In this document: in pieces, positions 36,885 to 46,005 of the stretch
Layout: the number at the start of each line of letters is the position of its first letter
How positions within the stretch are numbered: position 1 is the stretch's first letter
Origin: Candidatus Latescibacterota bacterium
Lineage (GTDB): Bacteria; Latescibacterota; UBA2968; GCA-2709665
DNA: 64,000 nucleotides
Direction: 5' to 3'
Assembly (NCBI GenBank): GCA_963662665.2
Contig: CAXXJS010000050.1
Span: forward strand, 1 to 64,000
Notes under the pieces: generated by a model
Told to the model about the DNA's origin: nothing
The model's database searches: none
What the model saw: only the letters and a program-made list of their open reading frames with translations
Program-made: the position numbers and the translations under genes

Positions 36885-37481
36885 ATGAAACCAGGAAACT
36901 GCATCGCCCTCGCCGTTGTTCTCGCGTTCGCCGTTGGCTGCGCGGGACCCAGAGTCTTCTCAAAGGGCGCGTACGAAGATCCAAACGCCATTGCACTGCT
37001 GGATGACCGATTCAGCGAAAACGATATGCAACTCATCGCGAAGAAAATGATCCAGTCCATGTCCGGCAGCAACATTGTGGGGAGCAACGGCGCGCCGGTC
37101 GTCATGATCGGAAAAATGCGCAACCGTACCGCAGAACATATAGATATGACCATGCTATCCAATAAGGTCCGCACACAGCTCATCCAGAGCGGTAGATTTC
37201 GCTTTGCCGACGTACAGAACCGCCGGGACATCGCCGAGGAGTACGAGTACCAGCAGTCCGGATACGTGGACCCGGAACAGGCCAGCGGTCCAGGCAGGCA
37301 GACGGGCGCGGAATATCTGCTCACCGGCACCCTCACGGCCAACGTTCAGCAGGTCGGAAAGGACAAGCTGATCTACTACAAGGCCACCTTCCAGCTAACC
37401 AATCTGCTCACGTCGGAAATCGCCTGGACCGACGAGAAGGAAATCCGTAAGGCCTACAAGAAACGACACGTTGGAATCTGA
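36885..37481 (+). CDS. LpoB-like lipoprotein (TolB_N/CsgG-like fold)
   Basis: Lipobox AVGC, NRTAEHID, LIQSGRFRF, GAEYLLTG, IAWTDEKEIRK; AAAGGAG RBS. Confidence 0.82.
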   Translation: MKPGNCIALAVVLAFAVGCAGPRVFSKGAYEDPNAIALLDDRFSENDMQLIAKKMIQSMSGSNIVGSNGAPVVMIGKMRNRTAEHIDMTMLSNKVRTQLIQSGRFRFADVQNRRDIAEEYEYQQSGYVDPEQASGPGRQTGAEYLLTGTLTANVQQVGKDKLIYYKATFQLTNLLTSEIAWTDEKEIRKAYKKRHVGI

Positions 37482-37532
37482 CCGATCGGCAGACGGCAAT
37501 TCACCCAAGTCCAGTCTGAAAGGAAACCCGTC

Positions 37533-38087
37533 ATGAAAACCGCACGTTTCACTCTGATTCTCACCTGCTGCCTCGGCTTGCTTTCACTGCCGGCGGGCGC
37601 CCGGGAATCCGGACGCACCGATGGACCGGAAGGCAGCGAACTGGGCCGTGGAGGCTATCCTTTCGGCGGTCCGGAGGGACGATTCTACGTCGCCCCGTCA
37701 TTCGGTTCGGGCATCTTCGAAAGAAACGCGGACGGCAGCCGAACCGGCCTGCTCTACAGCCTGAACCTGGGTTACGAGCGTGACGGCTGGCTGGCGATAG
37801 AGGGCGGTTATGCCTATCTTTCAGATAGAGAACTGTCCATCTACAGCGTGGGTTCCCGCTTCGACTACAATGCCGACCCCTTTGTGTATTTTCTGTCGGC
37901 TCAGGCGGGACTCTACAAGCCCGCGGACGGCGAGAGCAACTTCGGACTCGCCCCCGGCGCCGGCATCGACATCATTCTCAACGACCGTATCCGAATCGGT
38001 CTGAATTACAAGCGGGACTTTATCTTTACCGACGGCAACACAACGGATATCGATCGCCTATTCGCCGGGCTGAAGTTCTACTTTTGA
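37533..38087 (+). CDS. Outer-membrane beta-barrel protein
   Basis: Signal peptide, amphipathic strands, C-terminal GLKFYF. Confidence 0.8.
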   Translation: MKTARFTLILTCCLGLLSLPAGARESGRTDGPEGSELGRGGYPFGGPEGRFYVAPSFGSGIFERNADGSRTGLLYSLNLGYERDGWLAIEGGYAYLSDRELSIYSVGSRFDYNADPFVYFLSAQAGLYKPADGESNFGLAPGAGIDIILNDRIRIGLNYKRDFIFTDGNTTDIDRLFAGLKFYF

Positions 38088-38270
38088 GCCGGAGCATCGG
38101 ACGACGCGTACGCCGCCATGCCAAAGCAAACGGGCTGCCCGGCTTCTTCACCGGCAGCCCGTTACGCATGGTGCGTTTGCATTGCCACGTGTCGGCCGAT
38201 TGGTTACCTTTGAACGGCCGGGAGGATGGGGTGATGCGACGGCGGCGTTCGGCTATTGAGGCTCTTTTCC

Positions 38271-39503
38271 ATGGTCATTCGAGATCCGATCCACGGCGAC
38301 ATCCGGTTCAGCGAAGTGGAACGCCGGCTGATGGATACCCGCCAGTTCCAGCGGCTGCGGGGCATCCGCCAGACGGGCACCGCCCATCTCGTTTACCCGG
38401 GGTGTACGCATACCCGGTTCGAACACTCCCTGGGCACCGCCGCGATGGCGAGGCACATTGCAGGCGTTCTCAGAGATTCCGGGTCCAGCGTAAGTACGGA
38501 CCAGGAAACCGCGGTTGTCCTGGCGGCACTCGTCCACGACGTGTCTCATTTCCCGTTCGGCCATACGTTTGAAGACGAATGCAAGCTGTTTCCACGCCAC
38601 GATTCGGCGGACCGGATGCGATACGCGCTCTCTCAGGACGAACTGGCGAGCGCACTAGACGCATCCGGTCAGCGAGAGCAGGTGGTGGGGCTCCTGACCG
38701 ACCGCGGCTTCGATCCGCCCTGGATGCGGCAGATCGTTACCAGCACCGTCGATGCCGACCTGCTCGACTACCTCCGCCGCGACGCGTATTTCGCGGGCTT
38801 GAAGCACGATTACGACGACCGTATTCTGAGCACCTTCACCGTTGCCGACAACAAGCTCGCGATCAACCTCGAGAAACTCAGCACCCGGACGGAACTGCTG
38901 CATCTTCTCCGTCTGCGTTATTTCCTCACCGAACGCGTCTATTATCACCATGCAAAGGTCGCATCCGGCGCCATGATTGCCAAGGCGGTGGAACTGGCCG
39001 TGCAACTCGGTCTTCGGGAGGAAGACATTCGAAACCTTACCGACGGCGGGCTTCTTCGGTCTCTCATCGCGCGAAAGGACGAGCGCATCGAACGCCTGGT
39101 CCGCGGCGTGGTCTACCGCGATCTGCTGAAAAGGGCATACGTGTTGTCCACAGGAGAAATCGGACGGCGCGCCCGGGATGAACTGATCGCATCGTACAAC
39201 AGGTCCGTCGAATCGAGGCAGCGCGTCGAACGGGAAATCGCCGACGCCATCGTCGTGGAACCCGACCAGGTCATCCTGTATTGCCCCGATATTTCCTCCA
39301 TCAAGGAGGCCAGGGTCTTCACGAAAACCGGAACCGGAGTCCGGCGCCTCAACGAACCGCTCGACAGTCCACCGTTCGACGTGAAGGCGGTGGAGGACCA
39401 GTACGAACGGCTCTGGAAACTCTACGTCTTTGTGCCAGACGGCTATCAGGAACGCGCCGGCAAGATCTGTGAGCGTCTGTTCGGAGAGAAAAACGCCGTT
39501 TAG
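38271..39503 (+). CDS. HD-domain phosphohydrolase (SAMHD1/dNTPase-like)
   Basis: IRDPIHG, FQRLRGIRQ, HTRFEHSLG, HD, DADLLDYLRRD, VYYHH. Confidence 0.9.
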   Translation: MVIRDPIHGDIRFSEVERRLMDTRQFQRLRGIRQTGTAHLVYPGCTHTRFEHSLGTAAMARHIAGVLRDSGSSVSTDQETAVVLAALVHDVSHFPFGHTFEDECKLFPRHDSADRMRYALSQDELASALDASGQREQVVGLLTDRGFDPPWMRQIVTSTVDADLLDYLRRDAYFAGLKHDYDDRILSTFTVADNKLAINLEKLSTRTELLHLLRLRYFLTERVYYHHAKVASGAMIAKAVELAVQLGLREEDIRNLTDGGLLRSLIARKDERIERLVRGVVYRDLLKRAYVLSTGEIGRRARDELIASYNRSVESRQRVEREIADAIVVEPDQVILYCPDISSIKEARVFTKTGTGVRRLNEPLDSPPFDVKAVEDQYERLWKLYVFVPDGYQERAGKICERLFGEKNAV

Positions 39504-39525
39504 TGCGGGATTCCAACGTTTCGTA

Positions 39526-40050
39526 TCATTTGCGGTCCTGCCGCTGGCCGGGATGTCTCACCGCGTGAAATAGCGGCAGTTCGTCGGCCATCCTGACTTC
39601 TATGCGTTTGTGACACGACGGGCAGACTGAAATCAGATTGTCCAGCCGGTTTGCCGCCGCGGCGGAAGCGAACAGCCGGACCGGTGTCTTGTGATGCACG
39701 TCAAGCTGCCGCCCCAGCGTCTCTTCGGTTACCCCGCAATTCCTGCACCGGAAGCCGTCTCGTTCTCTCGCCAGCGCGGTCTGCACCTTCCAGTTCCCAC
39801 CCCTGTATTCCGGGCGTCCAGTCAAAACCAGACGGTTCGGGTCATCCGGAAGTACCGACGTCCATGCGTCGCGGCAGGCTTTGCCGCAAAAGCGAAGTCG
39901 CACCTCTCCACGGGCAAACCAGGTCGGGACGCCGAACGGTTTCCCACACTGCTCGCAGCGGACCGCGATCTTCTGCACATCATGCGCCCGCCGGGCATCC
40001 GGGAATCGCAATTGCAACTGATTGGAGAAAACCGGAGCGCCGCTTCCCAT
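39526..40050 (-). CDS. HNH endonuclease with N-terminal Zn-finger
   Basis: CEQCG...FCGKAC; RERDGFRCRNCG, LDVHH, NRLDNLISVCPSCH; start uncertain (ATG 40050 chosen). Confidence 0.85.
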   Translation of the reverse strand: MGSGAPVFSNQLQLRFPDARRAHDVQKIAVRCEQCGKPFGVPTWFARGEVRLRFCGKACRDAWTSVLPDDPNRLVLTGRPEYRGGNWKVQTALARERDGFRCRNCGVTEETLGRQLDVHHKTPVRLFASAAAANRLDNLISVCPSCHKRIEVRMADELPLFHAVRHPGQRQDRK

Positions 40051-40203
40051 GTGTCCGTGCCCGAAGTTAACCCACAACACGCCAATCCATATACAAACAG
40101 CCGAGAATATGAATAACACATTGACTATAAGTGTGTTACGAAAATAAGTCAACCTCGACCTTCGCATCGTGGAAACGAGCGATCTGTAAAGCCGCGGTAA
40201 CGC

Positions 40204-40845
40204 TCAATCGCTCAGCCGGAACCGGACGGGCATCGTCATTTTCACCGCGACTGAGCGGTCGTTCTGTACCGCCGGTTCGAATTCGAATTGTGAGACCGCC
40301 TCGATCGCCGCACCCCTGAATATCTCTGGTCCCCGCACCACCCGCACGTCTCTGACGCCTCCGTCGGCGCCAACCGTGAACATCACGAACACCACCCCCT
40401 CCAGCCCGGCGCGCTTCGCCATTTCAGGATAGATTGGCATTGGGCTCCGAACCAGCGAAGGCTGCCGCTCAACCCGCCAGAATTCCACGACTTCCTCCTC
40501 AACGGGCTCGGTCTTGTGGCGCACGGGCGGTGACAGGTCCAAGGGAGCATGATCCAGGTCCAGTTCCGTCGATTCGATTGTCACATCCTCTGGCACGTCG
40601 TCGCTATCCGCTTCAACAGGCACGGCGGGTCGTTCGGGCATCGGGCGACGCATCTGCCGGGTTTCGGGGATGTGCTCGAACGTCAGCACCTCGGTCCGCC
40701 GACTTCGCGCGGAGGTGTCCATCTCGAAGGAGGGAAACATCACCGCGAGGACCAGAAGAAGCAGGAAGGAAATGCCGACGCACCGCGTCATCACTTTCGG
40801 ATACGCCAACTTCAGGTCCACGTCCGGATTCTTATTACGCAACAT
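40204..40845 (-). CDS. tonB: TonB family energy transducer
   Basis: N-terminal TM, Pro-rich linker, PIYPEMAKRAGLEGVVFV...FEPA...PVRF. Confidence 0.88.
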   Translation of the reverse strand: MLRNKNPDVDLKLAYPKVMTRCVGISFLLLLVLAVMFPSFEMDTSARSRRTEVLTFEHIPETRQMRRPMPERPAVPVEADSDDVPEDVTIESTELDLDHAPLDLSPPVRHKTEPVEEEVVEFWRVERQPSLVRSPMPIYPEMAKRAGLEGVVFVMFTVGADGGVRDVRVVRGPEIFRGAAIEAVSQFEFEPAVQNDRSVAVKMTMPVRFRLSD

Positions 40846-41078
40846 CGTCGGCCTCCTTTCCGGTCGTATGTGAACCCTTGCAGGTTAAGGTTCCGCTTGT
40901 CGGTTATTCCGCAGTATCGCAAACTGCCAGTTTGCGATACGTTGAAAGTCACTACGCTCTGGAATCACGTTCGGTCCGGTTACCGCGTGCCTGGAGGATT
41001 AATTGATTAATAATTCAGATCAAAAAAACGGTCGATTGTCCTCTGCGCCCGAATCTCAATCAGCGATGCCGGAAGGGT

Positions 41079-43226
41079 TCATTGGCGCCCTTTCGCCGCG
41101 AGCCGGTCTTCGTGGAACGGCCCCGTTTCAAACGTCCTGGCCACAACGTCCAGCTGACGCAGATACGTTTCCTTCTTTCGATTCGGGCCGTAGACTCCGA
41201 AGTCCAGAAAATAGAGCCGATCCGTCTTTTCATCCACCAGCACGTAGCTTCTGAAGGGCCCGCCCTTCCACGCGACAGTGTTCTGCCACACGCCTTCCAG
41301 GTACACCGCCAGCCGGTCTCCCAACACCCGCTGACTCACCTTCAGGCCCGTCTGATCCACGACGTCGTTTTCAAAGAACCGGGCGGCGATCTCGTTCCGC
41401 TTCCGGATGCACCACGCCTCTGTCAAACGATCCGGGCTGACGCCGTCCTCTCGATATACAAACAGCCATTGTGTCACGCGCGCGTGGGTTCGCGTGAGTA
41501 CCACAAACCCGCTATCGGCATCGGTATCGATGAAATTGAAGCCGAAGGGAATGCGCACGCGCCAACCGAACCGGTCGGTCAGTTCCAATGCAAGCGTCTC
41601 TCTTTCGCCAAAACGGAAGAGAGACTCGGCGACTCTTTCGTCGCGCTTCCCGTCGATCGCGCCGTAAATCCGATCCGCCTCCGTCATAATATTGGCTGCC
41701 AGCGCATTGCGGTCCTCGCCCGTAACCAGAACCACCACCTGGTCGTCGGCCCACACGTCCCGCCGGATGACAACGGGCGTCGCTCCGTCCCGGATGGCCC
41801 TTCTGTGCACCGGTGTAACGAGGGAGCGTACCAGACCGCCTGCTTCACGGTCTCCATCCAGCGGCGCGGCGATCACGATATTCTTCCGTCGCAGCCTGTT
41901 GAAATCTCCGGCGTGAACGAACGAGATATGGTAGAGGCGCTCCTTCCTCGGCGTCAGGATTTCCCTCTCCATAGCCTCCAGAAAGGGTTTCTGAAACGTG
42001 CGATAGTCCAGGGAATCCGCAACGACCGTGACCAGATCGATCCGTCCGGAACCGGGAGGCAGCCCATCCAGCCACAGCATGGAAAGCAGCCGGTCCTTGA
42101 ACGTCGCCAGTTTTACGAAGGCTTCAGAACGGCCCGGAACCTCGAGCACGGGGCCCACGCGTCCGCACTGAATCAACACCGCCAGAATCAGACCCGATGC
42201 CAGCAGCAGACCCGAGCGGGACAGGCGGCGTTCGGCGCCGCGCCTGGCGTCCAGCAACCGTGAAATTCGGCGAACGATCTGCTTCCGGTCTCCGGCGGCG
42301 CCAATGCCCATTGCCGATCCGGCCGGTGACGTCATCATCTCCGTCAGGCGGGTGAGACAACCCGCGTATCCCCTGGCGCTTCCGGAAATGCCCACCACCG
42401 CGTCGTCGCAGGCGACCTCCCGTTCCAGGTCCATCTGCCGGGCAATCCACCAAACGGCCGGATGGAAGAAAAGCACACAGCCCGCGAGCGCCTGGAAGAG
42501 TCTGGTCCAGTCGTCCAGCCGGTGCAGGTGCGACAGTTCGTGCAGGACCACCTGATCGAATTCGGCCCCGGTCAGCCGCTCCAGCATGGACTCCGGAATC
42601 AGTATCACGGGTTTGAACAGCCCCGTCGCCGCTGGCGTTCCCACTTGCCTGGAACTGCATAGACGCACCCAGCGCCGCGTATCGCTTGATCGGATCAAAT
42701 GGCGCAATCTGTCTTGATATCGGGCAGGAAGGGGCTTTGCACTCTGTTTGAGGCGACGGAGGAGTCGAAAACCCAGAAAGAGTCTGGCCGACAGCGCCAG
42801 CGCGACCAACATCCAGATTGCGAATACGACCGGCGGCCACCAAACCGGCAGTTCCGGTGTAAACGCCGGCTCCTCGCGTTGCCCGTCCCAGTGCCGATCA
42901 GCGCCCGGCGACGGTTCGAGGTCGGCCGCATCGCCCGGCGTCCGTGAAGCGGCCTTCTCCGGATCGTACTTCTCCCCGGCCTTTAGCCACATCCGCGCGG
43001 CGCCCGCATGACCCGGCGGGATTCCAACGTGGGACCACGACAACGCGAACACAATCAGCAGAGTGGCCGTCCAGATCACGTACCGGGTCCGTGCGTTCAG
43101 CCAACGCGCAAAGTTCAACAGGCACGCGACCGCAAGCGTAAGGACAAGGCCCTTCCACAGTCCGCTGAGCGCGGAGGACACCACTACCCGGGAGAGGGCG
43201 TCGAAAATTTCATAGGCCGCCAACAT
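41079..43226 (-). CDS. BlaR1-like M56 peptidase fused to a DUF4837-like periplasmic domain
   Basis: HELSH..RLD, FFHPAVWW, EREVACD; C-terminal DVWADDQ, GVWQ..GGPFRSY, YGPNRKK..LRQL. Confidence 0.82.
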   Translation of the reverse strand: MLAAYEIFDALSRVVVSSALSGLWKGLVLTLAVACLLNFARWLNARTRYVIWTATLLIVFALSWSHVGIPPGHAGAARMWLKAGEKYDPEKAASRTPGDAADLEPSPGADRHWDGQREEPAFTPELPVWWPPVVFAIWMLVALALSARLFLGFRLLRRLKQSAKPLPARYQDRLRHLIRSSDTRRWVRLCSSRQVGTPAATGLFKPVILIPESMLERLTGAEFDQVVLHELSHLHRLDDWTRLFQALAGCVLFFHPAVWWIARQMDLEREVACDDAVVGISGSARGYAGCLTRLTEMMTSPAGSAMGIGAAGDRKQIVRRISRLLDARRGAERRLSRSGLLLASGLILAVLIQCGRVGPVLEVPGRSEAFVKLATFKDRLLSMLWLDGLPPGSGRIDLVTVVADSLDYRTFQKPFLEAMEREILTPRKERLYHISFVHAGDFNRLRRKNIVIAAPLDGDREAGGLVRSLVTPVHRRAIRDGATPVVIRRDVWADDQVVVLVTGEDRNALAANIMTEADRIYGAIDGKRDERVAESLFRFGERETLALELTDRFGWRVRIPFGFNFIDTDADSGFVVLTRTHARVTQWLFVYREDGVSPDRLTEAWCIRKRNEIAARFFENDVVDQTGLKVSQRVLGDRLAVYLEGVWQNTVAWKGGPFRSYVLVDEKTDRLYFLDFGVYGPNRKKETYLRQLDVVARTFETGPFHEDRLAAKGRQ

Positions 43227-43236
43227 AGGCCATCCT

Positions 43237-43614
43237 CTATCCGCTGTCGTCCACCATCTGTTTCATACGCTTGAGAACTTCGGGGTCCACTGCTTCATTC
43301 TCGAGAATGTTCAGCACCAGGGTTTCCGGCGAATTGTTGAAAAACCGGCTCATCATGTAGCGAACCACGCTTCTTCTGGCGTCTTCTCGGCCGACCACCG
43401 GATGGTAGACATAGGCCCTGCCCTCCTTTTCGTGGGACACGTAGCCTTTCCGTTCGAGAATCCTGAGCGTTGTCAGTACCGTGCTGTAAGCGAGCGGTTC
43501 CTTGCCGGGCAGCGCCGCGACCACGTCGCTCACTGTGGCCGCCTCCTTTTGCCAAAGTACGTTCATCAACCTGAGTTCGGCTTCCGTTAGCGTGGGTGAC
43601 TTCGGCCTTGCCAT
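43237..43614 (-). CDS. BlaI/MecI/CopY family repressor
   Basis: LTEAELRLMNVLW, LAYSTVLTTLRILERKG, GRAYVY, FFNNS. Confidence 0.93.
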   Translation of the reverse strand: MARPKSPTLTEAELRLMNVLWQKEAATVSDVVAALPGKEPLAYSTVLTTLRILERKGYVSHEKEGRAYVYHPVVGREDARRSVVRYMMSRFFNNSPETLVLNILENEAVDPEVLKRMKQMVDDSG

Positions 43615-43744
43615 TCAATCCACTCCTATCTTGATTACATTTGACCACCGGGTTACGTGCTGGGAGCATTAATTCCTTAATATAAAATATATGGAAATTC
43701 CATCCTTTGTCAATTATAAAATTAATATTTAGTCGCAGATTCAT

Positions 43745-43785
43745 CCGGCGACGCCGTCCGGTTGGGCTTTTTCAACGGGCTGTTT
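43745..43785 (-). mobile_element. Left-end fragment of the MITE family
   Basis: Minus strand AACAGCCCGTTGAAAAAGCCCAACCGGACGGCGTC. Confidence 0.65.
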
Positions 43786-43832
43786 ACATCGAGAAAGCAA
43801 GATTGTGACATTCCCAAAGCGCCAAAATATAC

Positions 43833-43895
43833 TTGACATGCATTACCGGATTGGATAAATTAAAACATTCGTTTAAATCATACGTTTGCTTGAAT
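43833..43895 (+). promoter_or_regulatory. sigma70 promoter plus tandem TetR (PsrA-like) operator
   Basis: TTGACA-N17-TAAATT, then TAAAACATTCGTTTAAA and TCATACGTTTGCTTGAA. Confidence 0.65.
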
Positions 43896-43918
43896 TCACC
43901 CATTGAAGTTCTGAATCG

Positions 43919-44563
43919 ATGAACCAGACCGACACCCACAGCCGCTTGCTCGACGCCGCCGAGCAGCTCTTTGCCGAACACGGAATCGGCGCCACGTCCC
44001 TGCGGGCCATCACTTCCGAGGCGCCCGCAAACCTGGCCGCCGTCCACTACCACTTCGGCTCCAAAGACGCGCTGATCGAAGCCGTCTTCGCCCGACGGCT
44101 GGAACCGCTCAACCGGGAACGCTGCCGCCTTCTGGACGCGGAAGAGGCTGCCGCTGGCGGCGCACCCTCCATTGAAGCCACCATAAACGCCTTCGTTGCG
44201 CCCGTGATGCGGCTGGCGTACGATCCTGCGGGCGGCGGCGAGAACTTCATGCTGCTCATCGGAAGGCTCTACTCCGAACCTGGAGACCTGGCATACAAAA
44301 TCACGGAACAGTTCAGCGAGGTCTTCCATCGATTCACGTCGACGCTTTCGCGCAGCCTGCCCCACCTGTCCCGGACCGACCTGCTCTGGAGGTTCTTCTT
44401 CATGGTGGGCGGCATGAGCATGCCGCTGATGGGGAGGCATATCATTCCGGTCAGAACCGGCGGACTTTGCGATCCGACAGACATCGAAAACAACATCAAA
44501 CGCCTCGTTGCCTTCCTCGCTGCCGGCCTCCGCGCCGCCGCCCCCAACGGAGACACAACTTGA
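43919..44563 (+). CDS. TetR/AcrR family regulator (PsrA-like)
   Basis: RLLDAAEQLFAEHG..TSLRAIT..NLAAVHYHFGSKDAL. Confidence 0.93.
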   Translation: MNQTDTHSRLLDAAEQLFAEHGIGATSLRAITSEAPANLAAVHYHFGSKDALIEAVFARRLEPLNRERCRLLDAEEAAAGGAPSIEATINAFVAPVMRLAYDPAGGGENFMLLIGRLYSEPGDLAYKITEQFSEVFHRFTSTLSRSLPHLSRTDLLWRFFFMVGGMSMPLMGRHIIPVRTGGLCDPTDIENNIKRLVAFLAAGLRAAAPNGDTT

Positions 44564-46002
44564 GACGCGTAATTCCCGTTCTCGCCCTGCTGCTGGCGGC
44601 CTGCGCCGCAGCGCCCAGGGTGAACCCACCGGACCTGAACGTGACGATCCCGGAGCGCTGGTCTGCCGGGCAGCCCGGCGCCGTCGAAACGGACACCCTC
44701 TGGTGGCGGGCCTTCGATGACGAAACCCTGACCGGCCTCGTCGCGGAAGCGCTCGCGCACAACCTAAACCTTCAGGCCGCCGCAGCCCGTGTACGCGCCG
44801 CCGCCGCGCGCGCCAGAATCGCCGGCGCCCCTCTATATCCCGATGCGGCGGGCCGAGCCAGCGGGTCACGCCGCAAACAGAATTTCATCGGCCTGCCCAT
44901 CCCCGGATCCGGAAACGGCATTCCAACCTCCACCACCAACAGCGTCGGCCTGTCACTCGATATCTCCTGGGAACTGGACCTCTGGGGTCGGCTGGGCGCC
45001 GGGGCGTCCGCGGCGCTGGCCGATATGCAAGCCGCTCGCGCCGATTACGCTGGCGCCCGACTCTCTCTTGCGGGACAGACCGCCAAGACCTGGTTTGTCG
45101 CTGTGGAGGCCCACAGGCAGGTTGAACTGTCGGAAGCCACCGTGGAAAACTTCAGGACCTCCAGCGAGGTCGTGCGGGAACGTTACAGACGCGGTCTGCG
45201 CCACGCCCTCGACCTCCGCCGCGCCCTGTCCAGCCTGGCCGGCGCCGAGGCCGTCCTTCAACAACACCGGCTCGTCTTCGGCGCGACCTGCCGTCAACTC
45301 GAGGTTCTCATGGGCAGATATCCCGCCGCCGCCCTGAACCCCGGCATTACCCTGCCCGCGCTGCCCGAAGCCGTTCCCGCCGGCCTCCCCGCGGACCTCG
45401 TCTCCCGCAGGCCGGACCTTGTGGCGGCCGAACGCGGGCTGGCGGCGTCCTACGCCCGTTACACGCAGGCAAAAAGGGCGCTTTTCCCCCGCATCAGCCT
45501 GACCGGTTCCGCCGGCACCTCGAGCAAGGAACTGAAAAATCTGCTCGACGGCGACTTCAGTGTGTGGAACCTGGCGGGAAACATCCTGCAACCGCTTTTC
45601 CAGGGCGGACGAATCCGCGGCGGCATTCAGCAGGCGGCCTCGCAATCCGAACAGGCGCTGGCGCTCTACGTCAATGGCGTCCTGGCCGCCTACGCGGAAG
45701 TGGAAAACGCACTTGCGGCCGAGGGCCTTCTGACAAAACTACAGGCCGCGCTCGAAATTGCAACCGAACAGGCGCTGGCCGCGCGCCGTCTCGCCGAAGA
45801 CCGGTACGCGGGCGGGCTTGTGGACCTCAACACGATGCTCGACGCCCAGCGCGGCGCCTATGCCTCAGAAAGCCAGCTGATTGCCGTACGCCGCCAGCGG
45901 CTGGAAAACCGGGTCAACCTGCACCTGGCCCTCGGCGGCGGCTTCGCGGGAATCGACAGAATGGTTTCGACAACAGCTTCTACGCAAACGGAAGGACTGT
46001 AA
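44560..46002 (+). CDS. RND efflux outer-membrane lipoprotein (NodT/OprM family)
   Basis: TTG start overlapping the tetR stop, lipobox LAAC, WELDLWG, RRPDL, LALGGG. Confidence 0.92.
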   Translation: MRRVIPVLALLLAACAAAPRVNPPDLNVTIPERWSAGQPGAVETDTLWWRAFDDETLTGLVAEALAHNLNLQAAAARVRAAAARARIAGAPLYPDAAGRASGSRRKQNFIGLPIPGSGNGIPTSTTNSVGLSLDISWELDLWGRLGAGASAALADMQAARADYAGARLSLAGQTAKTWFVAVEAHRQVELSEATVENFRTSSEVVRERYRRGLRHALDLRRALSSLAGAEAVLQQHRLVFGATCRQLEVLMGRYPAAALNPGITLPALPEAVPAGLPADLVSRRPDLVAAERGLAASYARYTQAKRALFPRISLTGSAGTSSKELKNLLDGDFSVWNLAGNILQPLFQGGRIRGGIQQAASQSEQALALYVNGVLAAYAEVENALAAEGLLTKLQAALEIATEQALAARRLAEDRYAGGLVDLNTMLDAQRGAYASESQLIAVRRQRLENRVNLHLALGGGFAGIDRMVSTTASTQTEGL

Positions 46003-46005
46003 GAA

